Part shown: piece by piece, positions 1 to 8,921 of the stretch
How positions within the stretch are numbered: position 1 is the stretch's first letter
How the letters are laid out: each line of letters starts with the position of its first letter
DNA from: a virus
Lineage: Duplodnaviria > Caudoviricetes
Length of the DNA stretch: 29,818 nucleotides
Strand: one strand, 5' to 3'
Virus record (IMG/VR): IMGVR_UViG_3300044723_007644
Coordinates: 1-29,818 of that record
Notes under the pieces: generated by a model
The model's input: the letters and a program-made list of their open reading frames with translations, nothing else
Databases searched by the model: none
Told to the model about the DNA's origin: nothing
Translations under genes and position numbers: made by a program

Positions 1-109
1 CGAAGAGCCCGATTTTATATGCCTCGGTTGGGGCCGGTGTATAGTCCTATGTGTGCCTGTGATATGCCTTGATGTGATTGTGTTCTAACTTTCGTTTTAA
101 CACACCTAC

Positions 110-532
110 TTATAAGGTCTTTAATGCCTCTTTAAGGATTTTCGAACCACCAACTCTGACGTTGATGATTCCGTTATAGTAGTCATCAGTTTCAAGTACT
201 CGCCTTTCAAATTGCTCTCGGGCTTCTATGTAACTTGCTACTCCTCGGCTAGGGCAATAGTATAATATTTCTCTACGAAACTTGTCCTCTCCTAGCTCTA
301 ATACATCAGCATTTAAATGATCTGAACTCCCCCAATAAGTACGCCAGTCACTTTCTTTGGTGCCACGACGTTTATTCTTTTTTCCTTTAAGAGGAGGTTT
401 AGTTGTTTTAAATTTTGCTAACTTTTTGCCAACATATTTTTTATCGTTAGTTAGGTTTGTGATTAGGTATACAAATGCTTCGCAGTCTTCTGGTAATTCT
501 GTAATTAAATTATCTTGGTAATACCAGCTCAT
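110..532 (-). CDS. GIY-YIG-family endonuclease (short, Seg/EndoII-like)
   Basis: N-terminal FVYLITNLTNDKKYVGKK matches GIY-(x9-11)-YIG; downstream YWGSS and YYN motifs; start codon overlaps the upstream stop (TAATG). Confidence 0.8.
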   Translation of the reverse strand: MSWYYQDNLITELPEDCEAFVYLITNLTNDKKYVGKKLAKFKTTKPPLKGKKNKRRGTKESDWRTYWGSSDHLNADVLELGEDKFRREILYYCPSRGVASYIEAREQFERRVLETDDYYNGIINVRVGGSKILKEALKTL

Positions 533-675
533 TATAACTCTTCTGTTCCTTGATCACCATTTTTCTTTTTAATATAATTGTTTAATACCTTTATAAAAAT
601 ACTTCGTTCCTTCCAGCTCATAGCCCAGGCATCACTTAATGATATTTTTCCTTCAGCATAAATTACCATTTCCAT
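532..675 (-). CDS. gp51-like baseplate hub assembly protein (47 aa from ATG; frame open up to ~765, probably reached by -1 frameshift)
   Basis: Absent from the ORF track. Hand translation MEMVIYAEGKISLSDAWAMSWKERSIFIKVLNNYIKKKNGDQGTEEL resembles the gp51-type SLxE..M.W.ER.I pattern; its TAA overlaps the nuclease ATG. Confidence 0.65.
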   Translation of the reverse strand: MEMVIYAEGKISLSDAWAMSWKERSIFIKVLNNYIKKKNGDQGTEEL

Positions 676-752
676 TATATTGTTAGTGATAGCCTCTGAA
701 TCTTTTTTGAGCTTCTCTAGATACCCGATTATTTCCTCAGGCTTGGCTTTGC

Positions 753-1604
753 CTAGGAAGCCATGAAAAAATTTACAGGGTCAAAGGATACTGCGGCCTC
801 AAATTCTTTTTCACATTTTTCACATTCAAACTGCATAGATTTTTGTATGCCTATTTTGTTTATTTCTGCTACAGCCTTTTCTACTGCATTGCCGATCTCT
901 GCCTCACAGTTGTCTAAAAACTCTCTAATATGATCTCGATCAGATATAACAACTGCCTCTTCTCCACCTCCAATTGTGATATTATGTACAGCGTCTACAA
1001 TAAGTTCGTAGTTGGTATTAGCCAATTTTGTGAAACTTTCGTTGAATACTCTGAGCTTGTCCATATCATCTGGAAGTTCTCCCAAAACCTGTAAACTTCT
1101 GGAACTCTGGAAACTGGCAATACCTGCCTTTATGGTATTTGCATATTTAAATGGTTTGATCTGTATGCTTAAACCTGATTTAGTTGGTACATCATAAATG
1201 TCATCCAGTTCTACCATTGTTTCCAAGGCACCTTCAACACTGGCAATGCCGGTCACCATTTCCTGGCAATCTGGGCATTCTGCTGAAACTTCTAAATCGT
1301 CTCCGTTAGTAGCACCCTGAATAGCAATTAATAATGTGTCAACATCGTTAGATATCATTTCTCTAACATTTTTTACATTTGGAACACAACTGTTTATAAG
1401 TTGAATCACTGCTTCACCATTTAATAAAGCATCAGGGTTTTTCATAATTATTTCATCTTTAGCAGTCATGGGAAAAACTGGCAGTTCTCCTGAATCAGGA
1501 TATTCCACAATATCCTTGTTATAAAATTTTCCGCCTGACGGCAATTTTACATATAATTTAGGCGATCTAAAGTATTCGCTTAATGGGTTAGGTGTATTTG
1601 GCAT
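753..1604 (-). CDS. gp26-like baseplate hub / tail assembly chaperone
   Basis: PKLYVKLPSG start, VFPMTAKDEI, two CxxC pairs (CPDC, CEKC) and C-terminal NFF, typical of T4-like gp26 family; lies next to the tape-measure-like gene. Confidence 0.7.
   Translation of the reverse strand: MPNTPNPLSEYFRSPKLYVKLPSGGKFYNKDIVEYPDSGELPVFPMTAKDEIIMKNPDALLNGEAVIQLINSCVPNVKNVREMISNDVDTLLIAIQGATNGDDLEVSAECPDCQEMVTGIASVEGALETMVELDDIYDVPTKSGLSIQIKPFKYANTIKAGIASFQSSRSLQVLGELPDDMDKLRVFNESFTKLANTNYELIVDAVHNITIGGGEEAVVISDRDHIREFLDNCEAEIGNAVEKAVAEINKIGIQKSMQFECEKCEKEFEAAVSFDPVNFFMAS
765..771 (-). other. Candidate -1 ribosomal frameshift site T_TTT_TTC
   Basis: Minus strand reads AAT TTT TTC ATG GCT TCC TAG; X_XXY_YYZ heptamer in the correct phase; -1 frame is open for 77 codons. 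Confidence 0.65.
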
Positions 1605-1631
1605 TCTATTAAAACTCCTGTTAATTAAAGT

Positions 1632-1639
1632 GATAAATA
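1632..1639 (+). promoter_or_regulatory. Late-promoter-like motif GATAAATA (towards tape measure gene)
   Basis: One mismatch from the T4 late promoter TATAAATA; recurs in most intergenic gaps. Confidence 0.65.
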
Positions 1640-1665
1640 TAACATATGATATCTACGCACAAGAC

Positions 1666-1673
1666 TATTTATC
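1666..1673 (-). promoter_or_regulatory. Late-promoter-like motif GATAAATA (towards gp26-like gene)
   Basis: TATTTATC on + strand, ~60 nt upstream of the minus-strand ATG at 1604. Confidence 0.65.
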
Positions 1674-1708
1674 ATCATTAAAACTAGTGTTTATAGGAAA
1701 ACCGATAA

Positions 1709-4327
1709 ATGAGTGAAACAGTTACATTCGAGCAAGGACTTAGTGCTCCTATGTGGGCCAAAGAGTCCACTATGCGTGAACTAGTGGATGCTTTAAAAGA
1801 TCAAAAGTCTACCAGTAACAAAGACCAGAAAACACAAGAGAAAACCCTGAAAGAAGTTGATGAAGCTCTTACTCAGTTTATTAATAATTTACAAAATTTA
1901 AATGATGTAGGCAGTGAAACTCTTAGAATTGAAAAAGATAACAATAAACTGCAAGATGATATAAATGACAATATGGAAACCTTAGGATTTTCATTTAAAA
2001 GACTAGGTGAACGTGCTGGTTTTGTTGGAAATATGATAGGGAAAGTATTTGGTGTTGCCTTAGTTGCCGCAGGTACGGCCTTTGCCGCCGTGACAGCCAA
2101 ACTTATTCAGACAGGGCAAACATTTGCAGAACTAAGCCAGAAAGGTTTAGCTCTAGAAGGTGCTACTGCTGGTAATATAGCCGCTATGAACTTAATGGGT
2201 TTATCCACAGCCCAAACAGCCAAGTTCATGGATGATAATGCAGAAGTATTTAGGGTTATGGGTGAAAAGGTGGTACCAGGCGTCACCCAACAATTTTTAG
2301 AACTTACTGATCAGGGTGGTTCTTTAGGGTTATCTTTAGAAGATACCATCTCATTAATTGGTGATGAACTTACCATGCGAAGTGGGTTAATAAATTTAGG
2401 CAGATTAGATGCTGGTCAAAGAAAAACAGCCATATCTCAAATTGCTGAAACAAACAAAAAGCAGTTAAATTATACAAGAGCATTGGGTGTGAGTACTGAT
2501 GTAATGAGAGATTTTGCAGATCAGGTAATAGGTAATAACAAAATGCTACTTGCTAATATTCTTAGATTGCCTAATGATGCCAGAGCTCAGTTAGTGACAG
2601 GACTTTCAGAGTTTAATTCATTAATGAGAGCAATGGGCGGCGAAGCAGGTGGTGAAATAGCCGCGGCAATTACAGAAGCGGCCAGTATGGGAGCAATAGG
2701 GTTTAGTGATGCCGCATTCGGATTTATAACAGTATTACCTCAATTAGCAGATAACTTCCAGGGAGTTATAAAAGACTTTGAAGCAGGATTAATAGATGGT
2801 GAACAAGCCGCACTGGCCATCACAGCAGAGTTAGGAAATTTAAGCCAAGCAGAAAAAGACAGGGTATTCCTATTAGCCAGAACAGGTGACGAACAAGCCA
2901 AACAAATGGCAACAGCGATACAGAATTTTGAAAAATCTGCAGATGCAATGAAAACACTCACTAACGGTCAAGCAGATATAGAAGGCGTGCAGAGAGGATT
3001 CCAGGCATTTAATACGATTCTTGATAAAGTTAAAGGGGCATTTAGTGGTGCATTTAATACTTTTATACAGGGATTCGGAGAAGGATTAGATACTGAAGGC
3101 TTTGATGAAATAGTAAAAGAACTTGTTAATGCAATGACACCAGTTGTACAGTCTTTATTTTCGCTCAGAATTGGTGCCCAATCATTTGGTGGTACAATAA
3201 AAGAATCTGGACAAAGTTTTTCAAAGTATTTGGTAGAGAAAATAAAAGATTTTGCTTTAGAAATGGAACTTTTTATAAAATTTTTTCAGGGATATATGAG
3301 CACGTTTAATTCCTTAACTGATATGTTTAAAGATATTGGCAAGCGAATGCTTGAAGGTATTACAGATCTTATACCCTGGCCATCAATAGGTGATGCACTT
3401 CTTGTAGTGATATCAGCGACAGTGGTTGCCGGTATTGCTAAAGGCATAGCGGCAGGATTTGCCCAAAAGAAAACAATGTCTTTAATGTCTAAATTAACAA
3501 GTGGTGGTAGTAGTGGAGGAGCCATGGGGCCTCCAGCACCAGGTGGTATGAGAGGAATGGGCATGGGTCTAACGAGCATGGCAGGTGGTTTGTCAGCCCT
3601 GGGGAGTGGTCCAGCATTATTAGGAATAGCGGCTTTAACTGCCGCCATAATAGGTATCGGTTTTGCTCTTAAACTGGCCGCACCAGGTATTGAGGCATTT
3701 GGTACAGCAATAAAAAGTGTATTTGAAGGCATAGGAGCAGTAGTAGAGAGTGTCGGTAAGGCAATTGCCAATATTATAGAAAAAGTTGGCCAGAACAAAG
3801 TTGCAAAAATTAATGCTAAAGCAGAGGCTATGGTTAAGACAACAGAAGCCACTACAGCCGCAATTAAGGAATTATCTCATTTAGATCCAGCAAATGTTCT
3901 AGATATGGCATTAGGTATAGACCAGTTAGGACAGGCTCTTGGTACATTCTCAGAAAATATGACACCTGGAATTATTGGTAGTCTTAAACAGGGATTTGCA
4001 AGTTTAATTGGTCAGGAATCTCCAGTACAAGCAGTTATACAATTATCAAAAGAATCCGATCCGCAAAAGATCATGAACTTAGCAAAAGCAACCATGGCCA
4101 CTAATGCCGCAAATCAGGGTGCCACAAGTTTAGATAGCAGTCTTACACCAGGTAGCGACACCACAAACAATACTACCACAAATAACACATACGCAGATAG
4201 TGATACCAGCAAATCAGATCAAGCCCTTGCAGACTTAATTTTAGAACAGTCTGCTATTCAACTCAATGCACTTGCAGAAATGAGAAAACAAAATAAATTA
4301 CTCACAGAAATAAGCAGTAAAACATAA
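1709..4327 (+). CDS. Tape measure-like tail protein
   Basis: 872 aa, helical Ala/Gly/Leu-rich, several hydrophobic segments, N-terminal coiled coil, adjacent to a chaperone gene with frameshift signature. Confidence 0.7.
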   Translation: MSETVTFEQGLSAPMWAKESTMRELVDALKDQKSTSNKDQKTQEKTLKEVDEALTQFINNLQNLNDVGSETLRIEKDNNKLQDDINDNMETLGFSFKRLGERAGFVGNMIGKVFGVALVAAGTAFAAVTAKLIQTGQTFAELSQKGLALEGATAGNIAAMNLMGLSTAQTAKFMDDNAEVFRVMGEKVVPGVTQQFLELTDQGGSLGLSLEDTISLIGDELTMRSGLINLGRLDAGQRKTAISQIAETNKKQLNYTRALGVSTDVMRDFADQVIGNNKMLLANILRLPNDARAQLVTGLSEFNSLMRAMGGEAGGEIAAAITEAASMGAIGFSDAAFGFITVLPQLADNFQGVIKDFEAGLIDGEQAALAITAELGNLSQAEKDRVFLLARTGDEQAKQMATAIQNFEKSADAMKTLTNGQADIEGVQRGFQAFNTILDKVKGAFSGAFNTFIQGFGEGLDTEGFDEIVKELVNAMTPVVQSLFSLRIGAQSFGGTIKESGQSFSKYLVEKIKDFALEMELFIKFFQGYMSTFNSLTDMFKDIGKRMLEGITDLIPWPSIGDALLVVISATVVAGIAKGIAAGFAQKKTMSLMSKLTSGGSSGGAMGPPAPGGMRGMGMGLTSMAGGLSALGSGPALLGIAALTAAIIGIGFALKLAAPGIEAFGTAIKSVFEGIGAVVESVGKAIANIIEKVGQNKVAKINAKAEAMVKTTEATTAAIKELSHLDPANVLDMALGIDQLGQALGTFSENMTPGIIGSLKQGFASLIGQESPVQAVIQLSKESDPQKIMNLAKATMATNAANQGATSLDSSLTPGSDTTNNTTTNNTYADSDTSKSDQALADLILEQSAIQLNALAEMRKQNKLLTEISSKT

Positions 4328-4363
4328 CCCAGCCAGGTAAATAAATTTTAGTTGACAATAATT

Positions 4364-4371
4364 GATAAATA
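4364..4371 (+). promoter_or_regulatory. Late-promoter-like motif GATAAATA upstream of portal
   Basis: Exact motif 30 nt before ATG 4401; also TTGACA (4352-4357) 17 nt before TAATAT (4375-4380). Confidence 0.6.
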
Positions 4372-4400
4372 GTGTAATATAATACATTAAGGTTACATTT

Positions 4401-6134
4401 ATGAGTTGGAGAAAATATTTTTCGAGTGTTGATAACAGTGGACTGCCACTAAACGTCACTGGAAACAACCAAAACAGCACAGACGGCCCAGGCGCCGCCT
4501 CTGCCAGATTTGCGAGTTGGCTACCAGAAGTATATGCTGGATCTCCAAACAGATTGATGAGATACATGCAGTATGACCAAATGGATAGCGATTTGGAAAT
4601 AAATGCCGCATTAGATACTATAGCAGAGTTCGGCACACAGGAAGATGATCACACCAAGATGCCTTTGAGAGTATATTATAAAGGCAGACCCAGTGATACT
4701 GAAGATAAGATTTTAACTAAATCTCTACAGCAATGGTGTAATATAAACGAAATTCATAAAAGAGCATTTAGAATATTCCGTAGCACAATTAAATACGGAG
4801 ATCAATTTTTTGTAAGAGATCCACAAACATATAAACTTTATTGGACAGATCCTGCAAACGTGGAAAAGGTTGTAGTAAATGAAAGTGCTGGTAAAAAAAT
4901 TGAAACCTATTTTATTAAAAATTTAGCACCCAATTTCGGTGAGCTTTTAGCAACTAATCCAAGTGCATTACATTCCAGACCTTATGGAGCAGGTGGAGGA
5001 CAATATATAGGTACACCTCCTAATAATCCAGGTTCATCAGGCAGTTATTTAACAGGTTCTATAGATGGTGTAAATCAAGGCGTGCCTGTAGACGCTGAAC
5101 ATGTTGTGCATGTCAGTTTAACAGAGGGTATGGACCATGCATGGCCTTTTGGTATCAGTATATTAGAACCTATTTTCAAAGTTTTCAAGCAAAAAGAGTT
5201 ACTTGAAGACTCTATTATAATTTACAGGGTACACAGAGCACCAGAAAGACGTGTATTTACTATTGACGTTGGAAACATGCCTCCACATAAAGCAAGGCAG
5301 TATCTGGAACAGATCAAGTATGAAGTACAGCAAAAACGAGTACCAAATAAAAACAAAGCAGGTGAAAATGTAATTGATGCCGCATATAATCCAATGAGTA
5401 TGTTGGAAGATTATTTCTTTGCGGCAACATCAGAAGGCAGAGGCAGTAAAGTTGATACACTACCAGGTGGTGAGAATTTGGGGCAAATTGACGATCTTAG
5501 ATACTTTAACAACAAACTATTACGTGGTTTGAGAATACCAGCAAGTTATTTGCCAACAGGCCCAGAAGATGGAAGTGCAACTTACAATGACGGTAAAGTA
5601 GGTATTGCTTATATTCAGGAATACAGGTTTGCTAGATATGTAGAAAGGTTGCAGAAGCAAATACAGGAAGACTTAGACAGAGAGTTTAAAATGTTCCTGA
5701 AGCACAGAGGCATAGAGATAGATAGTGGAGATTTTGACATAGTATTTAATCCTCCTATGAACTTTAGTAGTTATAGAGATTTACAGTTGGATGCCGAAAG
5801 AGCTAACTTATATAACACAGTAGCCGCAGTACCATACCTTGCTAACCAGTTTAAAATGAAAAAATATCTTGGACTCACAGAACAGGAAATGAAACAAAAT
5901 GAAGAAATGTGGAGAGAGGAAAACAAATACGAAAAATATGCAGATGATAAAACACCAGCAGATCTCAGAAACATCGGTGTAAGGCCACAACCTGATGCCG
6001 CAGTAAATCCAGATATGGAAATACCTGCAGACCAGGTACCCCTGGAAGATCCTGCCCAAGATCCGCTAAATACTGATGCAGGAGTTGTTCCTCAAGGTGG
6101 CACACCACCAGGATCTCCGCCAGAAGGTATATAA
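4401..6134 (+). CDS. gp20: Portal vertex protein (T4 gp20 family)
   Basis: Motifs LLEDSIIIYRVHRAPERRVFTIDVGNMP, MSMLEDYFF, TLPGGENLGQIDDLRYF. Confidence 0.97.
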   Translation: MSWRKYFSSVDNSGLPLNVTGNNQNSTDGPGAASARFASWLPEVYAGSPNRLMRYMQYDQMDSDLEINAALDTIAEFGTQEDDHTKMPLRVYYKGRPSDTEDKILTKSLQQWCNINEIHKRAFRIFRSTIKYGDQFFVRDPQTYKLYWTDPANVEKVVVNESAGKKIETYFIKNLAPNFGELLATNPSALHSRPYGAGGGQYIGTPPNNPGSSGSYLTGSIDGVNQGVPVDAEHVVHVSLTEGMDHAWPFGISILEPIFKVFKQKELLEDSIIIYRVHRAPERRVFTIDVGNMPPHKARQYLEQIKYEVQQKRVPNKNKAGENVIDAAYNPMSMLEDYFFAATSEGRGSKVDTLPGGENLGQIDDLRYFNNKLLRGLRIPASYLPTGPEDGSATYNDGKVGIAYIQEYRFARYVERLQKQIQEDLDREFKMFLKHRGIEIDSGDFDIVFNPPMNFSSYRDLQLDAERANLYNTVAAVPYLANQFKMKKYLGLTEQEMKQNEEMWREENKYEKYADDKTPADLRNIGVRPQPDAAVNPDMEIPADQVPLEDPAQDPLNTDAGVVPQGGTPPGSPPEGI

Positions 6135-6135
6135 T

Positions 6136-6348
6136 ATGAGACTAATAGAATTTTACAATCCTGAATTTGATGATTTTCAGAAAGCAGATTCTGAAAAACG
6201 CAGAAAACCTAAAATGACTTTGGAGCAATTGAATAAATTGCGTAAAGTTAGGGCAATTAAACGAGCAGAAGATATAGAGCACAAAAAATTTGTTGCTGTT
6301 ATGTATCCATCACCTGATACCGGTGGAGCAGGTGGCGGACTTATCTAA
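6136..6348 (+). CDS. Small basic protein after portal (possible prohead core component)
   Basis: ATG 1 nt after the portal stop; MRLIEFY...RRKPKMTLEQLNKLRK; position matches small T4 core genes. Start moved from track 6076. Confidence 0.6.
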   Translation: MRLIEFYNPEFDDFQKADSEKRRKPKMTLEQLNKLRKVRAIKRAEDIEHKKFVAVMYPSPDTGGAGGGLI

Positions 6349-7339
6349 TCTAGTTAAAATAGAAATTGTTAATGATGGTAAGCATAAAAATGCTAAACTT
6401 TTAGAGCAAGATCTTTTATCAAATAAATCCCAAATATTAAAAAACGGTTGTTTAATAGACTTTAGTACTGAGTCTAATTATTATCTTAACCATGCAACCG
6501 ATGAACAAGACGTATTTACTGCTATACACACAATACTTGATAATGTACAAATCCCTGCAAATCTAGTGCATTTCTGTACAGGAAACTTACTTAATAAGCA
6601 AAACTATAATACATATATTAGTCTTAGAACAGCAGAAGATAACAATTTCCTGCCCTTTAAAAGTGCCTTTTATAAGGATTTTTGGTGTAGTCATACATTA
6701 ACTTTCCATAAAGATTATAGCGAAAACTTTAATAAAACAAATAAGCCTAAGTATTTTTCCTGCCTAAATGGCAGAAATAGGCAACACAGAGCGTATGTAT
6801 ATCACTATTTAAATCAGTATAATTTATTAGATAAAGGGATTTCTACTTTTGTATGGAAGGGCATAAGTGTTGATGGCTATACTGATCCAAATGACTTAAA
6901 TAGCCATACATTACAGCCTGATAATTTTTATACGGTATTTGATAATACTTACTATGATGTTATAACAGAAACACTTATAGGTAATGAATCTAAACACAAC
7001 TGGTGGCAAGAAGTTTTCATTACAGAAAAAATTTGGAGAAGTATTTTCTATAAACGTCCTTTTATGGTTATTGGCAACAAAAACACATTACAACAACTTA
7101 AAATTTTGGGATTTAAAACTTTTAATGATATACTTTTTGACGAATCTTATGATAAAGTGGAAGATGATCAATTGAGAACTTACAGGGTTCTAGAGCAAAA
7201 TAAACATATTATTGATACATATAGTTTAAAAGAGCTGGAAGACATAATAAAATCTCCAGAAATGAGTAGTATTTTACAATATAATTATGATAAGATAAAT
7301 AACATTACAATACATAATTCATCACAGTTTTCACACTGA
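6332..7339 (+). CDS. Glycosyltransferase-like protein (GT10/alpha-1,3-fucosyltransferase-like motif)
   Basis: FITEKIWRSIFYKRPFMVIG resembles the GT10 motif YITEKLWRNAL..PVVLG; also FSCLNGRNRQHR and GFKTF..FDESYD. Likely start is GTG at 6332 after GGAG. Confidence 0.5.
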   Translation: MADLSNLVKIEIVNDGKHKNAKLLEQDLLSNKSQILKNGCLIDFSTESNYYLNHATDEQDVFTAIHTILDNVQIPANLVHFCTGNLLNKQNYNTYISLRTAEDNNFLPFKSAFYKDFWCSHTLTFHKDYSENFNKTNKPKYFSCLNGRNRQHRAYVYHYLNQYNLLDKGISTFVWKGISVDGYTDPNDLNSHTLQPDNFYTVFDNTYYDVITETLIGNESKHNWWQEVFITEKIWRSIFYKRPFMVIGNKNTLQQLKILGFKTFNDILFDESYDKVEDDQLRTYRVLEQNKHIIDTYSLKELEDIIKSPEMSSILQYNYDKINNITIHNSSQFSH

Positions 7340-7394
7340 AATACACCGGAATGGTTCGTTTCGAGCCCTTTCAAGCATAAAAACACAACATTAC

Positions 7395-7402
7395 TATAAG
7401 TA
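7395..7402 (+). promoter_or_regulatory. Late-promoter-like variant TATAAGTA upstream of core/protease/capsid genes
   Basis: One mismatch to TATAAATA; intergenic, followed by a hairpin leader and GGAGA RBS. Confidence 0.5.
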
Positions 7403-7465
7403 TATAACAGGCACATCTGAAAGGTAACTTTCTGTGTGTGATTTAATTAAAAATTGGAGACCACA

Positions 7466-8260
7466 ATGTCAGAATCAAGAACACAATTAGAAGAGATTCT
7501 AGAACTGTTACTTGCAGAAGAAAACGAAAAAGCGGAAGAAATGCTTCATGAGTATGTTGTTGCAAAAGCAAGAGCAGAATATGAAAAAGTTCTAGACGAA
7601 GACGTATCGGAAGAAGAAGCAGTTGAAGAATCAGAAGAATCCGAAGAAGAAGCAGTTGAAGAATCAGAAGAATCTGAAGAAGATGCTGTTGAAGAGTCAG
7701 AATATTCAGAGGAAGAAGCAGTTGAAGAAGAAATCAGCGATGTAGATCCTGCTGGAGACTTTGCAAACGAAATTCTTCAAGACGAAGAAGAAATTGAAGG
7801 TGAAGAGCAAGAGGAAGCAGAAGGTGAGGAAGAATCATCAGATGAAGACTTAGAAGATAAAGTTGACAACATTGAAGACGAGCTTGAAGACCTTAAAGCA
7901 GAATTTGAAAAATTACTTGCTGATGAAGAAGAAGGTGACGAACCTGAAGATAACGATGAAGCAGAAATGGACATGGAAGATGAACTTGACCTAGAAAGTG
8001 TTGAGTATGATCTAGACGAAGAAATTGCTGAAGAGTCAGACGAAGTTGTTGAAGAAGCAACTAAGTTACAAGATAAGGTAGCAGATCCTAAAGCACCAGT
8101 GGCAGACAACAACGATGCACCACTTCCAAGTGGCGGATCAAAAGTTGAGAAGTCAGGTTCACCTGTTAAGTCGAAAGACGGCGGAGAAGGCAACCACGGT
8201 GATTCAGCAAAAGACCACACACCATCAGACAACATTAAAGTTGAACCTAAAAAGGCGTAA
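7466..8260 (+). CDS. Highly acidic prohead core/scaffold protein (gp67-like position)
   Basis: Very Glu/Asp-rich, directly upstream of prohead protease; ATG 7466 follows GGAGA. Confidence 0.7.
   Translation: MSESRTQLEEILELLLAEENEKAEEMLHEYVVAKARAEYEKVLDEDVSEEEAVEESEESEEEAVEESEESEEDAVEESEYSEEEAVEEEISDVDPAGDFANEILQDEEEIEGEEQEEAEGEEESSDEDLEDKVDNIEDELEDLKAEFEKLLADEEEGDEPEDNDEAEMDMEDELDLESVEYDLDEEIAEESDEVVEEATKLQDKVADPKAPVADNNDAPLPSGGSKVEKSGSPVKSKDGGEGNHGDSAKDHTPSDNIKVEPKKA
7610..7730 (+). repeat. 33-nt coding tandem repeat (EEEAVEESEES, ~3.6 copies)
   Basis: gaagaagaagcagttgaagaatcagaagaatc(c/t) at 7610 and 7643, degenerate copies at 7676 and 7709. Confidence 0.85.
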
Positions 8261-8269
8261 GTCTTTTTA
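8248..8269 (+). terminator. Weak terminator/attenuator-like hairpin over core-gene stop
   Basis: taaaaaggc-GTAA-gtcttttta; stop codon lies in the GNRA loop. Confidence 0.4.
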
Positions 8270-8284
8270 CTGATAGGAGTTTAA

Positions 8285-8908
8285 ATGGCTAATAAGTTAT
8301 ACGAATATATGAGTCCTGAACAATCTGGAATACAGATTGTTGAGTCTAAAGACGGAAAGGACTTATTTATGAAGGGTTTATTCATTCAGGGCGATGTAAA
8401 AAATCAGAATGGAAGAGTTTATCCTAAAAACGAGATAGCGAAAGCCTGCGAGAGTGTAAAGGAACGCCTTCAAAAGGGCGAGACTGTGATGGGTGAATTA
8501 GATCATCCTGAAGAACTCCAAATAAATTTAGACCGTGTAAGCCATATCATTACAGATTTGTATTGTGAAGGTTCAGACGGTTTGGGCAAACTTAAAATTA
8601 TAAAGACACCAATGGGAAATATTGCAGAAGCATTATTAAAGGCGGGAGCAAAACTTGGAGTGAGCAGTAGAGGAAGTGGAAACGTAAACGAAAGTGGTAA
8701 CGTTTCTGATTTTGATATTGTAACAGTGGACATTGTGGCACAACCAAGTGCCCCAGATGCCTATCCGAAGTCAATATATGAAAGTTTATTTAATATGCGA
8801 GGCGGTAGTCAAATGTTTGAAACCGCTAAAGCATTAACACACGATAAAAGTGCAGAAAAACACTTGATGAAAGCAATCACTGGTTTCATCAATGATTTAA
8901 AATTATAA
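8285..8908 (+). CDS. gp21: Prohead core protease (T4 gp21 family)
   Basis: KNQNGRVYP, GELDHP, LGVSSRGSG, VDIVAQPSAPDAY motifs. Confidence 0.96.
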   Translation: MANKLYEYMSPEQSGIQIVESKDGKDLFMKGLFIQGDVKNQNGRVYPKNEIAKACESVKERLQKGETVMGELDHPEELQINLDRVSHIITDLYCEGSDGLGKLKIIKTPMGNIAEALLKAGAKLGVSSRGSGNVNESGNVSDFDIVTVDIVAQPSAPDAYPKSIYESLFNMRGGSQMFETAKALTHDKSAEKHLMKAITGFINDLKL

Positions 8909-8921
8909 GTAGGAGACTACT

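Noticed and set aside
6076-7465. Track starts at 6076, 6290 and 7454
   Set aside because: The first two overlap upstream genes heavily and 7454 lacks an RBS; starts at 6136, 6332 and 7466 fit spacing and SD better.
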